Notes under the pieces: model-generated
Told to the model about the DNA's origin: nothing
Databases searched by the model: none
The model's input: the letters and a program-made list of their open reading frames with translations, nothing else
Translations under genes and position numbers: made by a program
In this document: positions 27,540-37,100 of the stretch, piece by piece
Layout: each line of letters opens with the position of its first letter
Position numbering within the stretch: position 1 is the stretch's first letter
NCBI GenBank assembly: GCA_947627075.1
Contig: CANQUR010000001.1
Location: 1 to 38,495, forward strand
Origin: an uncultured Clostridia bacterium
Lineage (GTDB): Bacteria; Bacillota; Clostridia; Christensenellales; Pumilibacteraceae
Length of the DNA: 38,495 bases
Reading direction: 5' to 3'

Positions 27540-29735
27540 TTAATCCTCCCGACTTATAGGCGCATATGCGACTGCAATATTCATTTTACCGCATTTCTCG
27601 AAATCTATAACGGCGCTCAAGGAGATCCCGCTTCCGTCCAAAGAAATGATCTTTCCGAGTCCGAATTTTTTATGTCTAACCGTCTGCCCAACTTCAAAGC
27701 CGTTGGTATCGGTGTTGCGCTTTACCGCATGATTATCGACACGCGAATATTCTGTCTTATGACGCGGACATTCATCGTTGCTCGAGTCGTTGTCGTATAC
27801 AGCGTCGTCGTATTTGCGATATGTGCCTCGATCGCTCTTTTCAAATTTGGTTTCCAAGCCCACCTCTTTCAAAAAACGGCTAGGCATGCTGTCCTTTATT
27901 GCTCCATATAAATATCGCGAACGTGTACGAGTGATATAAAGTCTCTCCTTGGCTCGAGTGATAGCGACATAAAACAATCGACGTTCCTCTTCCATTTCCG
28001 CCTTTGACACAGCTCTGCTCAATGGAAAAATGCCGTCTTCCATCCCAACTATAAACACGACCTTGAATTCAAGTCCCTTTGCGCTATGTACGGTCGCAAG
28101 CTCTACACAATCGGCAGTGGGTTCATCATCGAGATCGGTCCATAAAGTTACCGTTTGCATATAGTCGTCGAGAGTGGCTTCGGGATTTGCCGTCGAATAT
28201 TCGTTTATAGAATTCATAAGCTCGTTGATATTTGCTTTTCGATTGTCGTTTTCTTCGTTTGCTTCACTATACAAAGTTTTCAGATCGAGCATTAAAATAA
28301 GATAGTGCAACAGCTCACCGAGCTTGAGTTTGTCCTTTTGCTCATCCAAACAACGAAGGATAGTTGAAAACGGCGCGACTTTTTTCTTCAACGAACTTGG
28401 AACCGCCTCATTTTCTATATTAGCTATTACCTCATAAAGAGATCTATCGGAATCGGCGGCGAGCTTATTTAGGTTGGCGATCGAACTTGCTCCGATCCCG
28501 CGTTTAGGAAAATTGATCACCCGAACTATAGCCTCGTTGTCGAAATGATTTGAAGCGATCCGAAAATATGCAAGCAGATCCTTGATTTCCTTTCGGTCAT
28601 AAAACTTGAAGCCGCCATAAACCTTATGTGGAATCCCATATTGCAAAAGCCTTTGTTCGAATGGTCTTGTAAGGGCGTTGATACGCATTAAAACGGCAAA
28701 ATCAGAAAGCTTGTAACCACGTTGCGATAACGCATAGATCGTCTGTATGACGAAATCTGCCTCGTCACCGTCGCTATTCGCCACATAATGCTCCACATTG
28801 ACACCTACATCATTTTGAGTCCAAAGTTTTTTTTCGATACGTGAAGTATTATTGGCAATAAGCTTATTAGCGAGCTCGAGGATCTTTTGCGTAGAGCGAT
28901 AATTTTGTTCGAGCTTATAGACCTTACAATTAAAGTCTCTTATAAAGCTTTGTATGTTGTCGATATTTGCGCCACGCCAACCGTAAATGCATTGATCTTC
29001 ATCGCCTACCGCGCAAACATTTCGATGCTTTGCGGCAAGCAACTTTATAAGCTCATATTGAATAGTATTCGTATCTTGAAATTCATCGATATGGATATAT
29101 TGAAATTTGTCTCGATAATAATCGGCAGCCTCGTCGCAATCAACAAGCAGTTGTTTTGTCTTGACAAGGAGATCGTCAAAATCCATCGCATTGTTACGCT
29201 TTAGCGTCATGTCGTATTCCGTAAAAATCTCACATATCTTTTCTATATCGTCGACATATGAAAAGTCCTTCAAATACTCCTCGGGAGAAATTCCGAGGCT
29301 CTTGGCATTTGAGATGTGATAAGCTGCTTTTTTCTTTATATCGTCATCATCGCATAGCGAAGACACGATCGAGGAAATAAGTTTATCCTTTTCGGCTTCG
29401 GCATATATGGAGAAAGATCGAGTGTATCCCAAAAACTCCGCATATCTACGCAAAATCCTTGCACACATAGAGTGAAACGTGGATACCCAAACATACCTTC
29501 CGTCGGGCGTCATATCGAATAATCTTTCTGCCATTTCATTGGCAGCCTTATTTGTAAAGGTTATTGCGAGTATATTATACGGAGAGACGCCCTTTTCGGT
29601 AATAAGATATGCAATCCTATGAGTAAGCAAACGAGTTTTTCCGCTGCCTGCCCCCGCCGTAACCAAAATTGCGCCCTCGGTATCCATGACAGGTCCAAGC
29701 TGTTCCTTGTTGAGTGTATTCAAATCATAATCCAT
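27540..29735 (-). CDS. pcrA: ATP-dependent DNA helicase PcrA (UvrD family)
   Basis: AGAGSGKT Walker A, IHIDEFQDTN, YRST, VHSAKGLEF, a C-terminal Tudor-like FEVGQTVRHKKFGLGKI, and pcrA-ligA synteny. Confidence 0.9.
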   Translation of the reverse strand: MDYDLNTLNKEQLGPVMDTEGAILVTAGAGSGKTRLLTHRIAYLITEKGVSPYNILAITFTNKAANEMAERLFDMTPDGRYVWVSTFHSMCARILRRYAEFLGYTRSFSIYAEAEKDKLISSIVSSLCDDDDIKKKAAYHISNAKSLGISPEEYLKDFSYVDDIEKICEIFTEYDMTLKRNNAMDFDDLLVKTKQLLVDCDEAADYYRDKFQYIHIDEFQDTNTIQYELIKLLAAKHRNVCAVGDEDQCIYGWRGANIDNIQSFIRDFNCKVYKLEQNYRSTQKILELANKLIANNTSRIEKKLWTQNDVGVNVEHYVANSDGDEADFVIQTIYALSQRGYKLSDFAVLMRINALTRPFEQRLLQYGIPHKVYGGFKFYDRKEIKDLLAYFRIASNHFDNEAIVRVINFPKRGIGASSIANLNKLAADSDRSLYEVIANIENEAVPSSLKKKVAPFSTILRCLDEQKDKLKLGELLHYLILMLDLKTLYSEANEENDNRKANINELMNSINEYSTANPEATLDDYMQTVTLWTDLDDEPTADCVELATVHSAKGLEFKVVFIVGMEDGIFPLSRAVSKAEMEEERRLFYVAITRAKERLYITRTRSRYLYGAIKDSMPSRFLKEVGLETKFEKSDRGTYRKYDDAVYDNDSSNDECPRHKTEYSRVDNHAVKRNTDTNGFEVGQTVRHKKFGLGKIISLDGSGISLSAVIDFEKCGKMNIAVAYAPISRED

Positions 29736-29768
29736 ATATATTGCTTTCCGTCCGATGTTCTTGAATAA

Positions 29769-29797
29769 ATTATACTCGAAAAACGACGTTAAGTCAA
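29769..29797 (-). promoter_or_regulatory. Near-consensus sigma-A promoter upstream of pcrA
   Basis: Minus strand reads TTGACT - 17 nt - TATAAT, located 18 nt after the stop of the 136-aa ORF and about 35 nt before the pcrA ATG. Confidence 0.6.
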
Positions 29798-29814
29798 GGA
29801 AAGGAGCGGCATAA

Positions 29815-30225
29815 TCAAGATGACTTACTTATTCGCTCGCGATAATATCTTTCCTTTAATTCGCGAAATTTTGCGGAAAGTTCAAGGATATAGCGTTGTT
29901 TTGTTTCGCTATCCATATTTTCATATTCGTCGTTATCTATTAGCCGAGCGATCGGATTCATAACGATCTCATCGGACTCCAAAATGCAACAGACCTTTTC
30001 ATAAAGTTTTTCATCTTGAGCCGCCTTACAAACCGTAACATTGAAATCCCTATTGTATTTATCGCGTTGATAGTCGCTGACAAGCTTTTTGCCTTCGAAA
30101 GTCGAGCCTACTTCTCCTATCATTTTGTCTCGGTCCTTCATCATTTGCTCCCAATAGCCCATCTTCATACGTTGCTTGGCGAGCAATGCGCGTTTTTTTA
30201 ATTCGTTCATAGCTTTTTTTGCCAT
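29815..30225 (-). CDS. Hypothetical 136-aa Lys/Glu/Arg-rich, probably helical cytoplasmic protein
   Basis: Clean ORF with a GGAGG RBS 7 nt upstream and its own extended -10 promoter. No signal peptide, no motif I recognise. Confidence 0.65.
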   Translation of the reverse strand: MAKKAMNELKKRALLAKQRMKMGYWEQMMKDRDKMIGEVGSTFEGKKLVSDYQRDKYNRDFNVTVCKAAQDEKLYEKVCCILESDEIVMNPIARLIDNDEYENMDSETKQRYILELSAKFRELKERYYRERISKSS

Positions 30226-30245
30226 AATATTGCCTCCATGTTGAA

Positions 30246-30256
30246 ATTATAACACA
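30246..30256 (-). promoter_or_regulatory. Extended -10 promoter element (TGTGTTATAAT) for the 136-aa ORF
   Basis: Minus strand reads TGTGTTATAATTT about 20 nt upstream of the ATG. The same 13-mer occurs in the yicC promoter. The -35 region is weak and phased A/T tracts lie upstream. Confidence 0.45.
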
Positions 30257-30354
30257 TAGATCGTTCATAAGAGACGCTTATCAAAAAATCGATGAAATAA
30301 GTCAAAAAAAGAATTAATCTTGCAAAAAAAGCATGAATAAATTTCGACAAGCGC

Positions 30355-30390
30355 AAAACAAACTCCCTAATTAATTAGGGAGTTTGTTTT
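30355..30390 (-). terminator. Rho-independent, potentially bidirectional terminator closing the surface-protein operon
   Basis: Perfect 36-nt palindrome AAAACAAACTCCCTAATTAATTAGGGAGTTTGTTTT, starting 27 nt after the stop of the 1236-aa gene. A- and T-tracts flank the stem. Confidence 0.8.
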
Positions 30391-30416
30391 ATAAGCTTCT
30401 AAATATGATCGGATAA

Positions 30417-33400
30417 TTATCGATCTATAGGATCAGCCTTAAAGATATTTTGACTTTCCGTAGTGAATTTCTCATCAAAGAGACGCAATGCTTCGCCGCT
30501 TAAAGCGCTATGCGCATTGTTAAACTCGGTTCTTGCCTCAGTATAATCTGTTCGCGCCGTCTCTACAGCTTGATAATATGAAGCTCTATCTTCACCGAGA
30601 TTTTCGATCATTTCTGCGGTATAATCAAGCAAATTCTGATAATACAGATAGCCTTCTATAAGCGCAACATAAGCACCCACAGCATTAGTCAACGCCGTCC
30701 TTGTCGTAGCATCAAAATTATATTGCTCACTGCTGAACAATCTCGCATAATAAGACATTGAGCTTAAAGCGAACAAATCCAAGCTTGTAGTAAGTTCCGA
30801 CGTTGTATACCAAAGAGCCATTTTTTGATCCATGGTGTAATCCGAATTCGAAACGTTAAAGAACTTTCCAAAGACTGCTATTGCCTCATCCAACTTATCG
30901 AAGTCAAAGTCGGGAGTTTCGTCTGCGCCCATAGTAAACATGTACTGCGCGGGTATTACATAATCCGCGATCTCCGCATACATATCCTTCATGCCTTCAT
31001 TGAGTTCGTTATTCAACAAATCTTCGATAGAAACAGTCACGCCACCGAAATCAAATCTATCTTCTGCCGCATAAAGTATGAAATTGCTCATAGTCGAATA
31101 CATAGTAAATGCCATCGGTTGCATTATAACATATGGCTCTCCATTTTGTTGCATAACAGAAAATACATCATATTCACCGTAATTCAAAACCTTATTGATC
31201 TTATCATATAAGGTGGGATTTGAACTCTTCAATGCTTCATATTCGGGAATAAATGTCTCATATACATCTTCGAATTTAACAGCTGTCAATATATAAGGTA
31301 AAGTTACATAATACTGCAATTGCGAGCACATATAATTATAATAGAAGTCCCTTGTTGCCTCAAACAATGCTTCAACTTTTCCTTCCCACTCATCATTATC
31401 GATAGAAGAAATGTCTATCGTCTCTAATTCTTCAGAATCATCAAATAAACCTATAATCTCATGAAGCTTATCGTATGCAAATTTAATTGACTTTTGCTGT
31501 TCGGATCCAAGTGTTCTATACGCATTCTCTGCATCTTTATAAGTGTCAAATAAAGAATTCCAATTGCCATTTTCATCTTTCACATAATGACGAAGGAAAG
31601 TTTCATAAGCGTAAAAATAAAGATTTAAAGCGTTGTATGCGTCCGAACTTGTTTCGGAATCTTCATCGGTATTTAAGATATTGTCATAATATGAAGTAAT
31701 AAATGTAGTGAAATACGTATATGGTGCAATATTGGTATTGATAGAACTCAAATCAAGCATACGAATATCGTAAAACGAGATAGCATTCATAAAGAAGAAA
31801 GCGTCGGCAGGAGAAAGAGCGAAGAAATCGTCTATCAATTTTTTGACATCCGTATTGAACTTTTCGGTATATTTCGTGGTTCTGGTTTCTTCATCGTATT
31901 CCAAATAATCGCCACTTTGGAAATTACCGTATACATCAATATAATAGTCAAGATAAGTTTTGATCGAAGGTATCACGCTCGCTATGTTAGAGAATTGCGA
32001 ATAGTAATCGTTGATAACGTTCAGTGCAACAGCAACATCTACCGGTCCGCCGTACATTTCACTTACAATGGGATACATAAGACCCACGTTCTCATAAATA
32101 TTTTTATAGAGTTCGTTTTCCTCATGACCGAGCTTACTGTGCAATTCAACCACTTGATCATAGTAATAGTAAGCTTCGGTAGCGTCTACAACATAATCGC
32201 TCGTCATCATCAAATTGATTATATTAAGAAGATAATTGGCGGTGCTGTAGAAGTTTTCGAAATCATCCGAGGGCAAAATCGCATAATAAGCAAGATATAC
32301 AAGCGAGTTCCAACCTATGGTCTGTTGATCTTTAGTCGCGCTCGTATCATTTGCCATATCCCAATAATATTGATAAAGAATATCGAAGAATTCCTTATTC
32401 CATTCCTTGAGCAAATAGTAGTTAGCTCTGTCATATGCGGGATCCGCACTGCCGGCGTCTTGAGTAGGAACTATTGCACTATATACCTTTCTGATCGCAA
32501 TTTCGATCGTACTTTTCCTTTCGGGATCGACGCTACTTAAATTTTCGACTTCCGAAAGTTTTACTTCGTCATTAGCAATGATATCATAAAGGTCAAGAAC
32601 CTTTTTGAGGTCGCTGAATATGGAATTGAGCTCACTTCGAGAAACCGTCAACACGAAATACGTTTCGATGGAGACAGGTCCGTCTTCATAAGTTGTCATT
32701 ATCACATTTGCAAGCTCTGTATCGCCAAGTATCAAGTAAAGATTATCTATTGCTTCATCCACTTTGGCAAGCTTTTCGGTGTGCTTTCCATCAGATCCGA
32801 TCAAGGAATCATACATTGCTTTTGTATTTTCATATGTACTTTTTACATCATTGTCCTCATCGGTAAAGGTAGTATGAAGTCTGAAGATCTTTTGACTGTT
32901 TACATAATCATAATACAATTCGAAAATCTGACCATCTGCGTTTACCTCATTGATTACATTGATAAAATCATCGTACCAATAATATGCGGCAAGCCTTACA
33001 AGGTCATCTCTCAAATTGGTATCTACGACCGACTTATCAGCAAGGTCTTTGAAGTACATTTGAGCAACATATTTTACTTGATCCCCATTTTTTTGGAAAT
33101 CGTTATACATAATAACGTCGCCTTCCACGTCGGGATCTCCGGTATCCTCTAATTGACTAAAGTCGATACCCGAATATTTACCGGCATAGAACATGATAAA
33201 GGATGCACGACTCAAATTTATAGTGATATTCGCATTAAGCTGTTTGCCTGCATAAGTAAACGAAATATCTTTCTTTACGGAGACATTGGAATTGTATGTT
33301 ACTTCCTCTGTTCCCGGAGCAGCCGATATGCCGGCTTTTTCCAAAAGCTCATCGAGCGTGCTATCGAAAGTCGCTTGATCATTGCTGTTGCCCGCTGCCA

Positions 33401-34127
33401 GGATCGTCCTTGTTAAAGGTACTTCCTTTTGGAAAGCCCCATTAAATTTATCTTTGCCTTCAACGGCTTCCCTATTCTTCAAAACGATTTTCGAAGTATT
33501 GAGGTCGATACCATCCTCGTGTGAATCATAGATATTCTTTCCCAACGAAAGAGATGCGTCTGCAAGTTCATACACCTTGATAGGAAGTTCGGAGGTATAA
33601 TTTGCATAGGAAACCGTCAAGATCTTGTCACCTACCGTCGCGCTGAAATCCGATATTCCGTTTACGCTGACCGAAGCATCGTTAAAGGGAACTGTTCTGG
33701 TCGCTCCGTTATCCTCGGTAAGGACCAATGTGCCGGATCTGTCAAACGGCTCACCGACGAAATAATCCGTTACACCGCCTTCAAGCGACAATCTTCTCGT
33801 TACCGTTACCGTAAGCGGGCAAGTTTTTTCGCCATAAGTTATGGTAAGTTCTTGCTTGCCTGCTTTTTGAGCATCAAAACCGCTGATAACGATATTGGGA
33901 TCGTCAAGTTGGATCCTTTCGGTATTGCCGTTTTCATATGTAATGGTCAAAAAGCCACCGAAAGTAACAAGTTCGTTATCTTCGCCGATAATATAAACCA
34001 TTTTAGGCGGCTCATCACCCGGCGCAATCGAAATAGACTGAACTGCATTTGTATTGCAAGCTATCGCCGTAAACGCCGCGGCAACAAGCAACATCAATAC
34101 AAGAACAATTTTTGAAATTCTTTTCAT
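30417..34127 (-). CDS. Large (1236 aa) predicted lipoprotein: N-terminal Ig-like (Big_3-type) beta domains plus a ~900-aa Tyr/Asp/Asn/Glu-rich helical region of unknown family
   Basis: Signal peptide with lipobox (LLVAAAFTAIAC). The segment ISGFDAQKAGKQELTITYGEKTCPLTVTV is characteristic of Big_3 repeats. The remainder has no recognisable motif. AGGAAGG RBS. Confidence 0.8.
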   Translation of the reverse strand: MKRISKIVLVLMLLVAAAFTAIACNTNAVQSISIAPGDEPPKMVYIIGEDNELVTFGGFLTITYENGNTERIQLDDPNIVISGFDAQKAGKQELTITYGEKTCPLTVTVTRRLSLEGGVTDYFVGEPFDRSGTLVLTEDNGATRTVPFNDASVSVNGISDFSATVGDKILTVSYANYTSELPIKVYELADASLSLGKNIYDSHEDGIDLNTSKIVLKNREAVEGKDKFNGAFQKEVPLTRTILAAGNSNDQATFDSTLDELLEKAGISAAPGTEEVTYNSNVSVKKDISFTYAGKQLNANITINLSRASFIMFYAGKYSGIDFSQLEDTGDPDVEGDVIMYNDFQKNGDQVKYVAQMYFKDLADKSVVDTNLRDDLVRLAAYYWYDDFINVINEVNADGQIFELYYDYVNSQKIFRLHTTFTDEDNDVKSTYENTKAMYDSLIGSDGKHTEKLAKVDEAIDNLYLILGDTELANVIMTTYEDGPVSIETYFVLTVSRSELNSIFSDLKKVLDLYDIIANDEVKLSEVENLSSVDPERKSTIEIAIRKVYSAIVPTQDAGSADPAYDRANYYLLKEWNKEFFDILYQYYWDMANDTSATKDQQTIGWNSLVYLAYYAILPSDDFENFYSTANYLLNIINLMMTSDYVVDATEAYYYYDQVVELHSKLGHEENELYKNIYENVGLMYPIVSEMYGGPVDVAVALNVINDYYSQFSNIASVIPSIKTYLDYYIDVYGNFQSGDYLEYDEETRTTKYTEKFNTDVKKLIDDFFALSPADAFFFMNAISFYDIRMLDLSSINTNIAPYTYFTTFITSYYDNILNTDEDSETSSDAYNALNLYFYAYETFLRHYVKDENGNWNSLFDTYKDAENAYRTLGSEQQKSIKFAYDKLHEIIGLFDDSEELETIDISSIDNDEWEGKVEALFEATRDFYYNYMCSQLQYYVTLPYILTAVKFEDVYETFIPEYEALKSSNPTLYDKINKVLNYGEYDVFSVMQQNGEPYVIMQPMAFTMYSTMSNFILYAAEDRFDFGGVTVSIEDLLNNELNEGMKDMYAEIADYVIPAQYMFTMGADETPDFDFDKLDEAIAVFGKFFNVSNSDYTMDQKMALWYTTSELTTSLDLFALSSMSYYARLFSSEQYNFDATTRTALTNAVGAYVALIEGYLYYQNLLDYTAEMIENLGEDRASYYQAVETARTDYTEARTEFNNAHSALSGEALRLFDEKFTTESQNIFKADPIDR

Positions 34128-34193
34128 ATAATGCCTTCCTTTTATAAATTTTACTTTCTTTTTTCAAAGAATTGTAACCTTGATTAATACTGA

Positions 34194-37100
34194 TTATCTC
34201 AACCAATCCGCAGTGAGCAACGTGCCGTCCGGAACATTTTTGAGTTCTTCCGCCGTATATTCGTTGCCATTTTTATCGATCCAACAATTGAAGGTACTGC
34301 TCGATCTTACGGGGCTGCTAAATAATTCCGCTGCCGCCTCACCGTAAGCGTCCTCATTGTCAAGATAATATGTAAAGTAATTTTCGAGAGTATCCTCATC
34401 CTTTACGAACGAAATTACATAATCTCTGCCATCGGATAAAGTGCAACCCTTGAATATGGGACGGAAACTCGAATTCCATTTTGTATTCCAACCCTCGGGT
34501 ATGCTCGTCATATCCGTGTAGATGACAAGTAATTCGCATCTATTAAATACATGCATTCCCATAGATTTTATCGAATCACCGAGGATCATGCTCCTCAGAA
34601 GCGTGCAACTACGGAATGCATAATCGCCTATCGACGTCAAACTATTGGGCAAAACAATCGCCTCACTCGTGTCCATTCCGAGAACCGAGCAACCATAGAA
34701 AGCATAATTTCCTATAGACTCAAGTCCCTCTGCAAATCTTACCAAAACAAGATTACTGCAACCGCGGAATGCGCTTTCGCCTATCGTACGAACACTTCTC
34801 GGAATATTGATCTCGGAGAGCGCCGTGCAATTACGAAATGCAAATCTATCAATATTTTTGACACCTTCTTCGATCGTCACGCTTTCGAGGTCGGTACAAT
34901 TGCTGAAAGCAAATTGCTTGATCTCGGATAATGTTCCGGGTAAAGTGACCTCTTTGATACCGGCTCTGCAGAATGATTGAGCGCCGAGCGCCTCAAGATC
35001 GGAATTGAAGGTAACATCATAAAGCGTAGAACAGCCGTAAAAGGCAAAATCACCTATAGACGTAACGTTCTCCAAGCCGTTAATTACCATACCTCCGATT
35101 TTTTCATTATGTTCATCAATTTGGACCTCGAGCGCATTGCCGCAATTGTAAAACGCCAATTCGTCGATCTTCCTAATCGATGAAGGAAGAGTTATTTCAG
35201 AAAGCATAGTGCAACCATAAAATGTGCTCGGATATATCTCGGTAATGCCATCGGGTATCTCGATCGATTCCAAAGACATACATCCGCTGAAAGCGCCCAT
35301 GCCCAAATATTTGAATGCCGATGAGCTTGTCGGCAATGTGGCAGTAGCTATGTTTACGCCATCAACAAAAGCATAATTAGATATACCGACTACAGGTTTA
35401 CCGTCTGGCTGAGTAGCAGCTACGTTGATATATTCCACTCCTTCCTCATCGGTACCTACAGCCCATCCGCCGACATATACAACATTGTCCGAGTAACCGG
35501 ACAAGGTTCTATAATACACATAATAGAACGAACCGTAAAAAGCGTATGCGCCTACTTCTTTTAACGAAGACGGCAAATTGAGATCGTGGATACCGCTACC
35601 TTCACCGGCATAAGGACTACCTAATCTGGAGTTTATAGGACCATCGTCACCTTGTCTTCCCATAAATCGCTCTTTTATATAATCGGACAAAGGTTTTTCC
35701 AGACCTCTGGGTACGGAATTGAATGCGTAATTACCTATGACAGAAAGTGGTGAATTTTCCTTGAATTCCAATCTTTCCAAGTAAGGACAAATTTCAAACG
35801 CACCGTTATCTATAGCCTCCAAACCGCTACCAAAATAAACTTCCGTCAAGTTGGCGCACATTCTGAAAGCATTCGCATTGATATATTTGAGCGAGTCCGG
35901 TAATGTAATGGTTTGCAAACCGCAAAATGCCGCGTCATCAACGACTTGTTCTCCATCGGAATTGAGCGTATACTTGATTGCGGGATACCAATAAAACGCA
36001 AGTTCGGCTATACCGACCGTTCCGGGTTGTACTTCTAAATTGTATAGATGAGTTTCTACGCTCAATATTACCTGATTACCGTTTTCGTCGGTTTTGATAG
36101 AACCATCTTGATTATATTGATAATTGGTCTTGGGGGCGTATTTATTGTTCGGAAGTCCAAGCAACCACCCGTCAACATAGTAAGCGTCTTTGCAATCATA
36201 GTTATTATCGTCCTCATCTTCAGCCGGACATAATGGCGTGCCGTAAAAGGCGCCGCTTCCGAGAGTTCTCAAGCCGTCGCCGAGCTCAACATCACTCAAT
36301 TGACTGCAACCGTAAAAAGCGCCGGTCTCCACAGCCAATACACTGTTGGGCACGCTTATTCTTTTAAGAGTGCCGCAATTTCCGAATGCGTAAGTGCTTA
36401 TGGATAAAAGTCCTTCGTTTAATGTTACGTTTTGCAAAGACGTATCATTTACGAACGCCTGTTCTCCAATAGTTTCGACATTATTGCCAAATACTACAGT
36501 GTCCAACGCCAACGCGTCCGAAAAAGCGCTCTTTCCTATTGATATAACGGAATTCGGGATCCTGACCTCAGTCAAACCGGTGATCGTACCGTCGGCAGAT
36601 TTATTCGAGCAATATTGGAATGCAAAATCTCCTATCGAAACGATATTATTACCGAATGTGACGTTACCAAGCCCGGTACAATTGCTGAAGCATGCTTGCG
36701 GCACAGCCGTCAATGCTTCGGGAAGCTTTATATTTTTTAATCCCGTACAACCATAAAAGGCATAAGAACCTATGGTAGTCACGCTGTCGGGCAACTCCAC
36801 TTCGGTAAGCGATTTGGATTCTCTGAACGCTTCTTTACCTATTACGGTCACAGAAGCGGGAACGATGATCTTTTTGAAGCTATCTTCCAAACGGAACATA
36901 GCACGATCGCCTATTTGCGTAACGGGTTTATTATGATATGTACTCGGAATTTCCAAAACTCCGTCTTCATCGGGCGTAACGGTTCCAATCTCTTGCAAAC
37001 TGTATTCGGTATTTCCGTTTATGCTTTCGAAAACCATACCATTTTCATACGGCTTAAATATTTCGAAGGGTTCACTCCATTCCGACGGTCTGTACTCGTT

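Noticed and set aside
31917-32540. A long (207 aa) plus-strand ORF antisense to the 1236-aa gene. Similar antisense ORFs occur at 1644-2225, 8407-8922, 9911-10414, 14131-14634 and 16355-16885.
   Set aside because: The translations are low-complexity Ile/Phe/Val-rich with no motifs or RBS. They are explained by the sense strand's bias towards TAT/GAT/AAT/GAA codons, whose complements are not stop codons.
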